Source of the DNA: Lepidodermella squamata
Lineage: Eukaryota > Animalia > Gastrotricha
DNA length: 64,000 nt
Direction: 5' to 3'
Assembly (NCBI GenBank): GCA_047495785.1
Contig: JBLDXI010000030.1
Span: forward strand, 434,001 to 498,000
Below the pieces are notes generated by a model. That model did not search any database. It was not told the origin of the DNA and saw only the letters and a list, made by a program, of their open reading frames with translations. Of this stretch, positions 34,275 through 46,854 are shown in pieces. The translations under genes were made by a program, and so were the position numbers. Numbering within the stretch: position 1 is the first letter of the stretch; every line of letters begins with the position of its first letter.

Positions 34275-37200
34275 TCATGCCTCGGTCGAGCAGAGTGCTT
34301 CTGATAAAACTGTGCAATCGTCCTGTCCACCTTTACTGTTGCTGGTGAGACGCATGCCTGGGCAAAAGAGAGCAAATCATTTAATGATGTGGTCAGCTGA
34401 GGTAACTTACAGGGAAAATCAAAACTGAACTTAGGATTCCCGTCATCCCAAGTGATAACTGAGCTATCTGTAGGAACCGCTTCGCCATCGAGCCAGCTGA
34501 AAGCTATATTCAAAGAATAATGAGCTACTTATGCATTGATCCACCTCGCCTAAATCACACCCACCTGTAACATCAGTACGATTTGCGCCAACGTAGATGA
34601 CGTCAAACGACTGCTCCTCCATCAGGGCAATCGCTTGAGCATAAGCTTCTTTTGTTTTGAGATTCAGCATCGCCGAGCCCGTAAAGGCACACCCCGCGCC
34701 GCTCTCGAGCCAATTCAAGTTCGATGGGAAGGCTGAAATGACACCATCCTGTAAGTGGCGGATGATTAGTTATAGTTATAGACATAATATAAGAGGAATA
34801 TTAAAGAGACTCACCGCGTCTTGGCAAACAGTAATGTTTATGATTGAATCAGCGCCTGAAATCGTCTTAAAACCGGACCATAAAGCATCGCGTGCCAGTA
34901 CGACGCCTGGTATGAAAACAGAAGAAATCATTAGCAGTAGCGCAGGATGAGTAGCGCCTAAATGAAAGGCTAGAGTTGATTACTTCGGTTCATGCTACTT
35001 CACTCTACTTGAGTTGGAAAGCTCAGCTGTATGAGAATTATTATGAGAACTATCAAATATTTTGAGAAGTGAAGCGAAGAAAGCGGGCACAGCTACGTGT
35101 TAGATTTATAATCTGACTGCAGTTTGCGAGGGTCTACGTTGTATTAGGTTCTTACATCCTTTATAGCCCACAGCTGGTTCACTTTGATAGTACCAGCCAG
35201 GCGTTGTTCTCGAGTCATCGCTGTGAGCGCCAATCCAGGCCCTAAAACAGACACTACCGCTGCCTGAAATTCGTCCTTCGACTCGATTTTTGCAAGCACG
35301 CCACCCTGCTGCCGACACGCCCGAACGGCGTCAGTATAACCCATGGGACCACCGGAAGCGCGGAAAAACCTTTTAGAGACCACTGAATGGTAAGTATGAA
35401 AATTGATATTTGCAATAAGCAATGGAAACTCTGCATTGCCAACTTACCGCTACAATTGGAACCTTTGAATCCACTAGCACAGTTGCACGCGCTGCTGTTT
35501 CCAGTCACCACACACGTCCCGCCATTCAGGCAATTCAATGTACATATAACTGCAAGCGGAATAATGTGGATTATGGCAGTGACAAACGCAGGGGAAAACA
35601 TACTCTGTTCACAATATGTCCCGTTGTAGCCGGAAAAACAGTCGCAAACCCTTGTCACGGGATTGTAAATGCCGTTTGCACATTGGAGCTGTAAATCAAA
35701 TACAATTCAATCTCGCAGCATAGCAGAGCCATGGCAATTTACCTTTTGAGCCAGGTCAGCCAAGCAGCTAGCGTAGTTGCTAGCGAATCCACGAGACGCA
35801 GAATATATGAGAAGCTATGAAAAAATGTGCAGGTTAAGGCTCAGGTCAGCATTATTGACTCACTTGTGGGGATCCCGCAGGGCATTGACTGTAACACTGA
35901 TCGGTACTGCCTGTTCGACACCATGCAGCGTACTGAATAATGATATGTTATAAGAGACTTGAAAGGAAGGACTTGAAAATAATATTATCGCTCAAGCAGG
36001 GGTTGAAGTACGGGGGAGGGGATGAGAGGTATCGTTCGGCAGCCCAAACTGGAAATACCCCCAAAGCACCACAGGGGGACCCTTTGGCCCGAAAATACCC
36101 CATAGTTCGGGGATCCTAGTTCGCCGTTCGCCGCGCACTGGTTTTACTAGCTAGTAGGTTTTACTAGCCACCCGCGTCCAACCCTCGAAATTTGGCTACC
36201 AAATCTCAAATTTCAAGCTTTCTGGCTATTTTATAGCTCTTAAGGTTCATTTTTACCCAACATGGCGACCGGCCACCACTAATTTAATAAACACTTGTTA
36301 TCGCTAATCGATTTCGCTTATTGAAGCATTTTCTCACCCAGGATAAGCAATTAGCTTTGTTTCGGTAGACGCCAGTAGAAAACTCTTCGGTTTCATTGGC
36401 GATGCAACGCGATATGCTCAATCGGCAGGCAGTGAATTGCCGAGTGACAGCGTTGAAGCAGCGGATATGCGGTTTCACAGTGTCTGCATGCTCGCCTTTA
36501 ATAGAGATTCAATACAAATCTTGTGTTTATGGGAGGCACTTACTGCTTATACTTCGCAGGCACGTGTCCAAGCTTATTAGTCCAATCACGTTTTTGACCT
36601 GAGCTTGCGTTAATGATTATTAACAGCAAAACTTGACAAATCAGTTAGTTTACCGAATTACTCGGACAGGGAAGTCCGCTAGGAACGCAGGTCACAAATT
36701 GTTGAGCTGAGTTGAAACATGCGTCGAATTTTCGATTCTGTTAGTAACAGAAGTTTCTGAATAAAGTTAACAAGTTCAGCTTTGCATCTTACCGGAAAAG
36801 AACTGAAATCCGAAGTACAATTCGCTAAATTGGTCTTCAATGGATAATATCCATTGTAAGAGTTACCGATCTGAAACGATCAAGCTGTTAACAAAGCCTA
36901 ACCGAGCAAACAGTTAACCATGATTTCGGTAGTTTTACTACATCCAGGCGAGCCAGGTCGGCATGTTGCCGCGTAAGTGTCATATCTGTAGCACAATCTA
37001 GCAGTCTATACAGGCAAAATTGTGTCAAAAGCTGACTCGAATAAACAATAAAAGCCTACCGCCTTTAAACAAGAGCTTTGATCAGCAATACTGCTTCCAA
37101 CCTGAGATGAGATTATATAGAGAATAAATTATCGCATCCTTTACTTTCAACCAACTTGATATTCGCGCAATTGATGGCAGCCGCTCGGTAGTCCGCGGCA

Positions 37201-37308
37201 ATCCGTAAATTTGTCATCGAATTGTGAGAAGCAGCGAACCCACTCGCTGCAAAGCCCTGATTCGACAGTCGATAATATCAAGATCACAATCGCAAAAGAA
37301 TTTCGCAT
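34275..37308 (-). pseudogene. Copy 3 of the 4-Cys/EGF/CTLD gene, probably disabled
   Basis: Same exon series as copy 1. CTLD1 has a frameshift at ~35245 and has lost the WKWLDG segment. The nested TE block starts ~25 bp upstream of its ATG. Confidence 0.65.
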
Positions 37309-38216
37309 TTCACCTCAAAGGGAAGTAAATTAAAATGCCGGGGGGAACCCCCATACTGCCACCGTTTGTGAGTTGACAAGTTGTTTGTTTGTTTGTATGT
37401 CGCCAGTGTGCGCACAATCTATGCACGCCTTCCCAAGAAGAAAAATCTTACTTAAATTACTAAGATCTTACTAAGTGTCTTTGTTAGCTTCTTAGTAAGA
37501 CGGGAAGCAGAAATAACTAAGATCTTAGTAGCTGGGTTTTCTGATCGAAAAGTTGAGACAAATCGATTTGCATCTTCAAAACACTCGGCTTTGCTTTACA
37601 AAATGATGATCTTTGCTCATCAAACTCGTGCAACAAACTTGACAAACTTGTTTGTCAAGGATGCAGAAAACTGCGGCTGATTTAGCTGCCTAATCAGTCA
37701 TAAAAAATATTTAGTTTTATCCACAAATTTATATTATTAAATTTTTTTTAATAAAATTATTTTTCATAAAACCTTGACACTTGGCGCGTTTTTGTTCCAT
37801 ACACGTCGCCTTTTTGTGTTTTTTACGCGCACCGCGCGATTTTGGCTAGAACTCATCCTATAGATTATGTACATGGATCTTTTGAGCTTTGATGCTGGCG
37901 CTGTTCCAGCAAGAAATCTTCGCGTGATTTCATGCCAACAACTAATATGCTGTTGTGTTATTTAATATTTTCCAGCTCTCACGACCGTTTCTTGGGATTA
38001 CAGTTGAATTTTTCACTTGATTGCTTGTTACATTAGATCAATTTCGAGCAATGCTGCCGCTGCTATACTTATACGTCTGTATTGTATATATTTCATTCCC
38101 GTGTATAGATTGCGCATTATCATCGTTCATTGGTTATTTGACTCATCTTGCTGCCGGAATCGTTTTGAATTGATAATTTCTTCACATCTGCGCGTTTGGC
38201 TGGATTATACTGCTGT

Positions 38217-41200
38217 ATGAGTAACGACAAGGAAAATAATTCGGTCTACTACTACGGTTCGGCTAAGCGATTTAAACCTGCCGATAATGCGTATAATGCT
38301 GGTGATGACGACGAATTTGAAGAGGCTACTGACGAATTCGACTATGACGCTGATTTCGAAGACAATTCGCTCGGCAATGTCGACGAGGCTGATAATGACG
38401 TTAATGACGATGGTGTGATGGATGATGATTTCACTGACTCTCAGGTCTCTGGTGATAACGGCGGTGGCGTAGTAGAACATCATCAGGTTCTCGCTGTGAT
38501 CGACCAGCCTGCTGAAGTTAACCCTTTTGCTGAAGTCGAAACGCAAATTCCAACTCACGTCTCGCCCGTTCCGGTGGTGGCTGATGAACATGTTGCACCT
38601 AATATTGAAGCGTTGCCTGTTGTCATGCTTGGCGGAAGACCATCAAATGTAGTCCTCGATGTCGAAACGAGCAGCGAGTCGGAAGAAGACGAAGCTTGGC
38701 GCAAAGATGGCATGTCATCTATATCTACGGCATCGTCTGAGTACGATTGGGAGGCGTTGGATGAAATGATTGGCGAATCATATCATAATAATAATGAGCA
38801 AGCAAACGCTGATGTCTACAATCCTGCGCAGCGTTACGACGATGATGGCAGTGATGATGATTACGACTTCAACTATGAACGTCAAGTTCGCCAGGTAACA
38901 ATTGCTGAGGGCAATGACGGCAACTGGGACGTCATTGATTACCTGCGAGATCTTGAAGTTGGCCACAACCTGCCGAGATCAACTTTGGAGCGCGTAATGT
39001 ACGGCTTGGTTCAAGCCGCTAAAAATCATAAGCAATTGCCTTCTATTCCGTCGACGTACTACAAATATGCGAAGAAAGTGCAGGAGAAAGGTTTACTTGT
39101 TGAGCCGATTGAGACCAAGCGTTTCTGCACCCGTTGCTCAGTCGAGTTACCTGCTGATTCAAAATGCCCAGCGTGTGAGAGAATTCTGTCGCCTGGCGCT
39201 CGTGGCGAAGTTATTGTTCCTAATTTATTGTGGCAATTGGCCGTTGTTTTGAAGGATTTCATCGTTGCTGGTCTTATATGCATTGATAAAGGTAAGCTGT
39301 TATATATTCTTTGCTTATAATTACCGTCAAGTCTAATACATATTTGTTTTAAAGAGTTTTCCTTGCAATTCGATTTACTCGTCGATGGTGCTGGTCTATC
39401 GTTCAAGAGCGGCGGCCAGCAAGTGTGGCTACTTCTAGCGAATCTAACAGATCTACCGTTGTTTGCGAGGTTCAAAGTTGAAAACCAACTCCTACTGGGC
39501 AGCTTTCAAGCGCCTGTGAAACCCGATGCAGTCTGGTTTCTCGATTTTTGCCTCAGTCGAACTGTGCGACCTGTCATCCGGGCTTATCATACCATCCGCT
39601 ACAGCAACAATACCATTGCGACATTGAAGCTTGACATGCGTGCCTTCATCGCCGACGTCATGGCCCGGCTGCCTTGCCTCAACATGGGCAACTACAGGGA
39701 GTCCGTAAAGTCGAGGCAATATAAATATGTAGCATAGTACATTACATAGCAAGGGAAAAATCGATAATCTTGGTTATTTTCATCGATCGTGATATAATAA
39801 TAATATGACTGTGAGAAAGACAGAGGCACTGAGCACTGCATGGCCGATCAGAGAATCCACTGTCACAAAGGAACGTACTGCTCTGAATACAAGAGAAGCA
39901 AAAAATGAAGGGACCAAAAAGACGTTTTTTCTTGCGTTTTCTTCAATACTGAAGATTATACTCTCCCCATTCCGTATGAATTTGCGGAATGAAAGATGCG
40001 CGCATAAGAATTTCCAAGCGTATGTAATCGTAGTGCCCACGCGAGAAAAAATATATGAATTATCCTCAAGAAACGACCATATACACATACTTTTATCAAA
40101 AACGCATTGCCGCGATTTTCTTCTTGTCTATAAAAGATGACAGAGAGGTAGCTTCTAGAGCTTCCAGGCTTGATTGTTCCGGCCAGTCTTTGTTGGACCA
40201 CAATCATGGATAAATACAAGGATTGTGGTCACATGGATAAATAAAGTAGGCTTCTGCTGTCGTTCGTGGATCGATTCCTATTCGAAAACTTGCAGCTTGC
40301 TCTGACTCCCTAACCAGTTTGATCTCTATCGCTAAAAGTATCAAGTTCAAGGACGCAAGGACAGTGAGATTTAAGACGCATCTCCGGCAGGTTGGGTGCT
40401 GGATAGTCGAGTCGTACCTGCTAAGGCAGTAGTACTCAAAGTCTGCCCCGCGGGGAGGGATTCAGGGTCATGGCGCGAGAATCAGCATATTTTAGGATAT
40501 TTTCAGCCAAAATTACGGTAAAATATCGTTAGCTGAAGCTCGCTTCGCTCACAGGTGTAGCTAAACTCACGCTTTCTGGAGTCTAATGTGAAATGCTTGA
40601 GTGATTTTTTCTAATTATTGGCTAATGAGAAAATAAGAAGAACAACATTTTTACGTGAATCCAAGTTGTGACCCGTGGGGAATAGGAATAGGGCGGAAAT
40701 AGGACTTCAGCAGTTTTAGCAGAGAGCGAAGTACCACCAGGGATGGTAGGAGTCATTCCTACCAGTTCAATCGGTTCGCAAAGTCGAAGACCAATGATTT
40801 TCAACATCTTAGCCACTTCTGCTGTCCTACTTCGCTCTCAGGTTGAAGGAAGCAACCTTTTTACCTCAGTAAATCCGCTTTGGAAGATAAATTCCAAAGC
40901 TCGTCACGCGTATCGCATACGATTATTCATGCTGCAAGAGTAATTGGACGAGTCTAACACGACGGAGCGAACGAACAATTCATACAAATTGGTGGTTTCA
41001 AGGTTGAAAACGCTTAATAAATGAAAACCCACTGGCGGGATTTTGAAATCCTACGGTGCTCGGTCAGATTACTCCGCGAGTAATCTTTCTGAGAATTTTC
41101 AACCCATTTCACCGTGCATTTAATTATTATTTCAATGAAAACCAGTCCTGGGTGAACAATTGCCCGCAGGACACACAATTTTCCGATGCCATTTGTTCAG

Positions 41201-43729
41201 CGAATGAAATATCAAGAATTCCCACGGTAAATTGCTGCATCCTTCATTGCAGAGGAAAACAAGCCAATAAACGCGGGTATTTACCGCATTGAATTTTGAG
41301 AAACTGCGTTAAGTTGTTGCAAACGCTACGTATTCCAGTTCAAAAAGAATAAGTTCACATTTTACCCAGCATACTCCTTATTATTATATCCTAATCCATA
41401 CAAAAGACGCCTTATCGATTTTTTCAGCGCGCTTGTTTTTTTTAGCAAAATATGCAGATATGTTCTAAAGTGCTGCACAAAATTTCGAGGTAAAAACCTG
41501 GCCCCTTTGCGAACCGCACGGTAGAATTCCCGTTACAAGGAGATTAATGTTTTTTGTAGTAATTCTTATACTTTCACCGAAGGAAATCTGAAAATACACG
41601 GTGAAAGTAACGGACGAAACCAATTTTCATGACTTCACCAGCTATTTCCATTAGGTTTGAAAGTATTTCTGTGATCATCGGATGTGTTCACGGTAAAAAT
41701 CGTTTAAACTTGGCCATCCACGAAGATGAGATGCAACAAATGAGTTGACCGTGTACAATTAATTAATTCAAAGTGGAACGCTTGGAACCAAGTGGTATTT
41801 GGGACAAAAACTCATTCCATCCTCATTCCATCTTCTTTAATCAACTTTTAAAATTTCCTTTGGTGAAAATTTTAAGCTTATTAACAAAATCACTTAGGCT
41901 ACAAAAAAGAATGAATCTACCGTCATGACTAGAATGATATCGCTGTTTTCCGGTGAGAATTCGGTAAAAGCAACCTGTTTTTCATGGAGTTCGCCTGGTT
42001 CGTACTTACATTATTATTATTATACGATCCAGAAAAAATGCTAGATTATCGATTTTTCCCTTGCTATATAATGTACTATGCTATATATTTATATTGCCTC
42101 TATGACTTTACGGACTCCCTGTATAACACCGAGTGTGGCTGTTTCATGTGCCGTCAGCGAGGCCTGTACGCGTGTGGTGCGTGGCGCTACCCTTATATTC
42201 CTAATGGCGATCAGCTGCTGCGTTCCAATAACGAAATAACAGAAACAGCTGCCATGATTACCAGCAACGCCATAGTATCGCACAATAACATCAACGGGCC
42301 TAATCCTATATCTGAGTTTGGCCAAGTGCCGCGATGCGTAGTAGTCGACCATCAACACTGTCAAGAAGAAGGAACCTTTGAAGATTTCACCCGCTCAGTA
42401 ACGACTGGTCGTCAAAATGATCCTGCTCCTGTAACTAAACACTGCCAACAAGCTGTTGCCGTTCTATTACCAACTATTCGATTACCTGGCGATCTGGCAT
42501 CGCTCGTATTCAAGCCAGTTTTCGGCGCTGAGGTGCTTACGATTTGGCATGCACGAAATAAGAAGCTATTCTACGGCTACATTGCGCCATTTGTGTTCGC
42601 CCATTCGCATTTGATGCCAGATTCGTATTTTCTGCACCTGGTTCTAATGTTTTCCGCTTTTCGCATGCTACTTGAATTTGAGCTCGAAAATGAAACACAA
42701 CGTATGCATCAACTGCTGATTGCTCATCGCCTTATGGACGAGTTTCGCTTCACCCTTCCTCGCCTCCACGGTGGTATCGCGGCTGAAAAATACAATCCAC
42801 ACCAGGCCGGCCATCTGGTCAAGTGCTCGTCTCGATTCGGGCACATGGACGAGTATTCTTCCTATGTTATGGAGGATGCGATTGGCAAATTCAAGCAATG
42901 GTTTAATGGAACTCGCGGTCAGATCAGGCAAATGATAAACGCCTTCCACCACCGTCAGCTCACGGCTAAACGGCACCTTGTCGTACCAGAATACGAACTG
43001 AAGAATGAACTGGCCTTTAAGCAGCTTGATAAAGATGCCAGACAATTTATCAAGTCATTTGCGGAGCGCCGCGGTGAATTTAAGATTTTTACTTCTGTTA
43101 TCTACAAGCGGACGAGGTATAACGGGCGGTGGTTGAGGCGCGGCGCCCCTCGTGAACACCCACGAAGCTTTGCCATCGAAGCAGAAGATAGCGTAATTAA
43201 AGAAAATTACGCGGTCGAGGTTTACGGCTTTCTGAAATTTACAAACGAAGACGCACCACTGGCGATAGTTAAGCGATTGGACGAACACCCGAATGCCACT
43301 GGCCGCGGTGTGATTCTTGACCGTGTTGCGGCCATCCAGCGGCGTTTGAACTCGGCGAACGAGCCTGTTGACGAAGAAGAACGGCTGCTGGCAGAGCGTT
43401 CTGGTCGACGCGCCCGAATTGTTGGCAAAATGCGCAAGGACCGGCCCCTGCCGCCAATCGAGGACGACCCGTATTTCAAGGATGACGACAACACCGCTTC
43501 GAACAGTTGCCGGCGTATGGCCTCGCTAATTCAAACGTCAACGTCCGAATGCGGCCTGCTTAAATCGATTTTATTTTCCTATGCTTTTGTTGACGTAGAT
43601 GCCGAGGCGAACGCCTTTGAATTTTTGCCCCTCGACAGGTTTAGGCGGAAATTAATTTTAATCCCTAGTCCCGAAAATCCTTCCGTTCATATAGGTGTCT
43701 ATTGGACCCCCTCGGCCGAGTACCATTAG
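38217..43729 (+). CDS. EnSpm-type DDE transposase (~1006 aa reconstructed), interrupted by insertion
   Basis: 38217-39291 + intron + 39355-39694 + 42124-43729 is one frame. Motifs: CTRC..CPAC finger, VDG..KS..W..LP..R..N.LL.G..KP, ADVMAR..LNMGNY|NTECGCFMC, VDHQH, NPHQAGHL, SSYVME. Confidence 0.88.
39695..42121. mobile_element. Tc1/mariner-type non-autonomous element, 2427 bp
   Basis: TA|CAGGGAGTCCGTAAAGTC...GACTTTACGGACTCCCTG|TA; ~110-bp TIRs; TA TSD at 39693-94 and 42122-23; no recognisable intact transposase inside. Confidence 0.92.
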
Positions 43730-43999
43730 TTTTATTAATTTTTAATTCGACTTAGTTTAGCCAAATTTTCTACTGATCTCTTGAAAGATCAACGTTTTTT
43801 TTACCCGTCGAACGTCGCTTTTTTCTTACCAAAATTTGCAACCCGCTGAATTTAATCAATTTTCGGCTGGGTTGATATGTTACTATTGATTATTTTTTGA
43901 TAAGTGAAATTTCCAAAGTTTTCCAAAGTACCATCTAATTTTGTAATCGACTATATTTCCCAATTGTGTCTAGGTTATTGTTTGTTGTTTTTCTCCATA

Positions 44000-44872
44000 A
44001 TGAACGCCTTCAACGAAGATGATATAAATGCGCCCGTCCTCGCCGCGCCGCCGGGCATACGCGGCCAGCAGCCGCAAATCGCTCACATCGCTGAAATCGT
44101 TCGACAAGTCGAACCCGAGGCTGCCGCAGCAGCTGCTGCTGGTGGTCCTAACGTAAATGTTTTGTTAATAGCGATTACTCTTTTCAGGTGTTTATTTTTT
44201 TCAGAACAACCTGTTGGCACGTGAATTGAGGGCCATTCGGCGTCAGCTGGCCCAGCTGCTGCGCCATCAGAATGCCGCTCAAGCAGTTTGTGCATAATAT
44301 AATGTTTACCTATCACGTTTAACGATTGTTTCTTTCAATAGCCGGCCGAGCCTGCAATTAATTTGGATCATCAACACGTAGTGAGTTGAAATATTTATCG
44401 AGCGCCGACGCGAGTTTGAGATATAACATTTGTTTAGATCTACAAGGGCGTGGATATTACAGCATGGGCGGCTGACAACTTGCCACTACACAAAGATCCC
44501 AACACCGTGGCCAGGTACCTAGCGGAAGGGCTCTTCGGTGTAAGTAAGCTCAAACGAAGGATATTGGAGCTTAAGCGTCGCCGCGCCGACGGCCGAAAGG
44601 CTATGAAGGCCTCAAAAGTGGCTGCATTCAAAAGTAAGTTGGCACAGCTACACGTATAGTTTTATCGTGTTTTTTATTTAATTTGTTTATTTTCGATATC
44701 AGCCTACCTGCAACGCCTCTACCAGGGCCACAACTGGCAGCGGCTGTGGCGCTCGCTAAGTCGATCTGTCAACCAGCACGGACTTGACTTGAAATCCGGC
44801 AAAGTGCAGCCCTACACCTTGGCCAACCCGCTGCTTGTTCGTCAGCGTGCCGATGATGCGATCGAGGAATGA
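44000..44872 (+). CDS. Second transposon gene, BEN-domain-like protein (multi-exon)
   Basis: Splice 44633/44703 gives VARYLAEGLFGVSKLKRRIL..RKAMKASKVAAFK|TYLQRLYQGHNWQRLWRSLSRSVNQHGLD, which fits the BEN helical pattern by eye. The middle exons are uncertain. Confidence 0.6.
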
Positions 44873-46854
44873 GAGGATCTTCGTGACTTGTTATTATTAT
44901 TGTTTTCGTTAAATTTTGATAGCAAAATCAGCTTCAACATTTAGCAATTGAACATTCAGTGATTTAGCATATATTTGCAATCTCAAAAATCCCAAAAAAA
45001 GTCTTATTTCTTTTATACCTACCGTAACTTGATCAATGTTACGGTAGCAGTCGGCCTGTGATTTTTATACTTTTTATATATACACATTTTTTTGTATTCA
45101 AATCTTTCTTTTTTTACCCGGTCTGCAAAACTCGAGTCTCGGCAAGTTAACATTGTTTTTGCCTGTTTCTATTTTCAAGCTTTGTAGGTTTTTAACAAAT
45201 TGAATGATAGCCTTTAACGGATGAACAGTGATCTATAATGTAAGTCCTGATTTAAATGACCGCAGATTAAATGACCGATTAAAAATAAAATCCCATTTCA
45301 GATCGGTCTTTAGCAGTCCAGTTAATTTGACTACTTTGCAACAAGTTGAGTTTACAAACGTTTGATAGTCGATAATGTCAAAATTAATGTATATTGTTTG
45401 AATTTCAGAAAGTTGGTCGCCGTGCGATGCCAGGCTGATCTTCTGTGGAAGTTACCTCTACGCTCCACGTGTTGCATTATTGTTCAAGGTGCGAATTTAA
45501 TTAATCAAATCTGATCTAGTATTGCGTCTCTACTTGAATTTCAAGGGCCCTTTCGACATGCCTATTTTCGAGTCTTCTCATGAAAGCTGTTTGTCTGCCA
45601 CTCTGAATAACCAGCCGAAAGTCGACGTTATCAAGTAGGTTCACAACAATTTATTCCTCGAGATTTTTCACCTGTTTCAACTTCACCTTTATTAGGTATG
45701 TGAGCGAGGCGTATATACAAGGTGATAAATGCGATATAGCCGCGAAAAATTCCTCTACGACTTAGCATAGCAGATGTCGATCGAATTCGAGCAAACCCAT
45801 CTGTACACTCTATACCGCCGGGAAAACTCGTCACTCATACTCGTTTTTTCCTCAGTCTCTGCTTTTTCTACTCTCTTTCCAGCGCGTTTACTATGAATGT
45901 TACATCATATGTGTTTAATTTTTCTTATTTATTTTTGGTGAAGTGCGACATTATTAGTAAAAGTAAAACTACCGGTGGACCTTACAGACTTCCAAAAACT
46001 TGCACCTAGTGATATAGTTAGATGAATAGAGGGGGACGAGTAGGATAGAATGGGACCTAAACCCGGTGCTGCTACCCAGTAAGGACCTAGTAAGATCTTA
46101 CTAAGATCGGCGTTACTTCTTACCAAGATCCTACTAAGATCTTATGAGGACCTACTATGACGATAGCTTGCTCCTAATACGATCTTAGTAAGAAGGCACC
46201 AAAGACTCTTAGTAAGATCTTAGTAAGTCGGTTTTTTCTTTGGGTTTCGCGCACGCTGTTTATTATATCAAATAGTTTTGGCTTTTGGGTCTAAATGCGA
46301 TTGCTGATATTCTTGCGTGGTTATATGACGATTGAGCAACGACAATTCGGCAAAAAAAGAAATGAAAGTTCTTTGTGATTTTTGAGACGTCCCATTCGTT
46401 GAAGGCCATGGGTCCGGAATGAGCACTCTTAGGGTCGCTTGTTGGGGTCTCTTGAGGACAGCTCGGTAGCGATTGGTGCAGTCTTGCTGACATTCCCAAT
46501 CTACCACTTTTGGCTTTTGTAACACGATGAAGTCGTCGGCCACCGTTGGGGCAGGGCGTCATTGATAAATCGTGGTCGACCCGGGTGGAGATCTAACTCA
46601 TGCCCATCGATCTTGACGCTCAATGCCCAGCAGACAGCTATCCACTGAACTACTGTGTGCTCAATTCCACAATATTTGTTTTATTCGATCGAAAACGACA
46701 ACTCGGCAAACGGCAGTGAAAATCCAACATACCCTTGAGCGACAATTTGGCAGAAGACACCACCCGTGCCGCCAGCCGCCAGTGTGCGCACAGTCTATGC
46801 ACGCCTGTCGTCTACTCCACTAATTATTCAGTTTTGGCTTTTTGATCTAAAACT

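Larger units (their letters stand above)
37432..46244 (+). mobile_element. EnSpm/CACTA (CMC)-type DNA transposon
   Basis: CCCAAG...TTTGGG termini with imperfect TIRs, 2-bp TSD TT (37430-31, 46245-46), multiple TAAGATCTTA subterminal repeats at both ends, and an internal transposase plus second gene. Confidence 0.88.

Noticed and set aside
41984-42121. N-terminal 46 aa of the 581-aa ORF as a real hydrophobic leader
   Set aside because: It is read-through of the inserted element's right TIR; the true transposase resumes at 42122.
46085-46230. TAAGATCTTA repeats as a CRISPR-like array
   Set aside because: Irregular spacing, eukaryotic context, and mirrored at the other end of the transposon; these are subterminal repeats.
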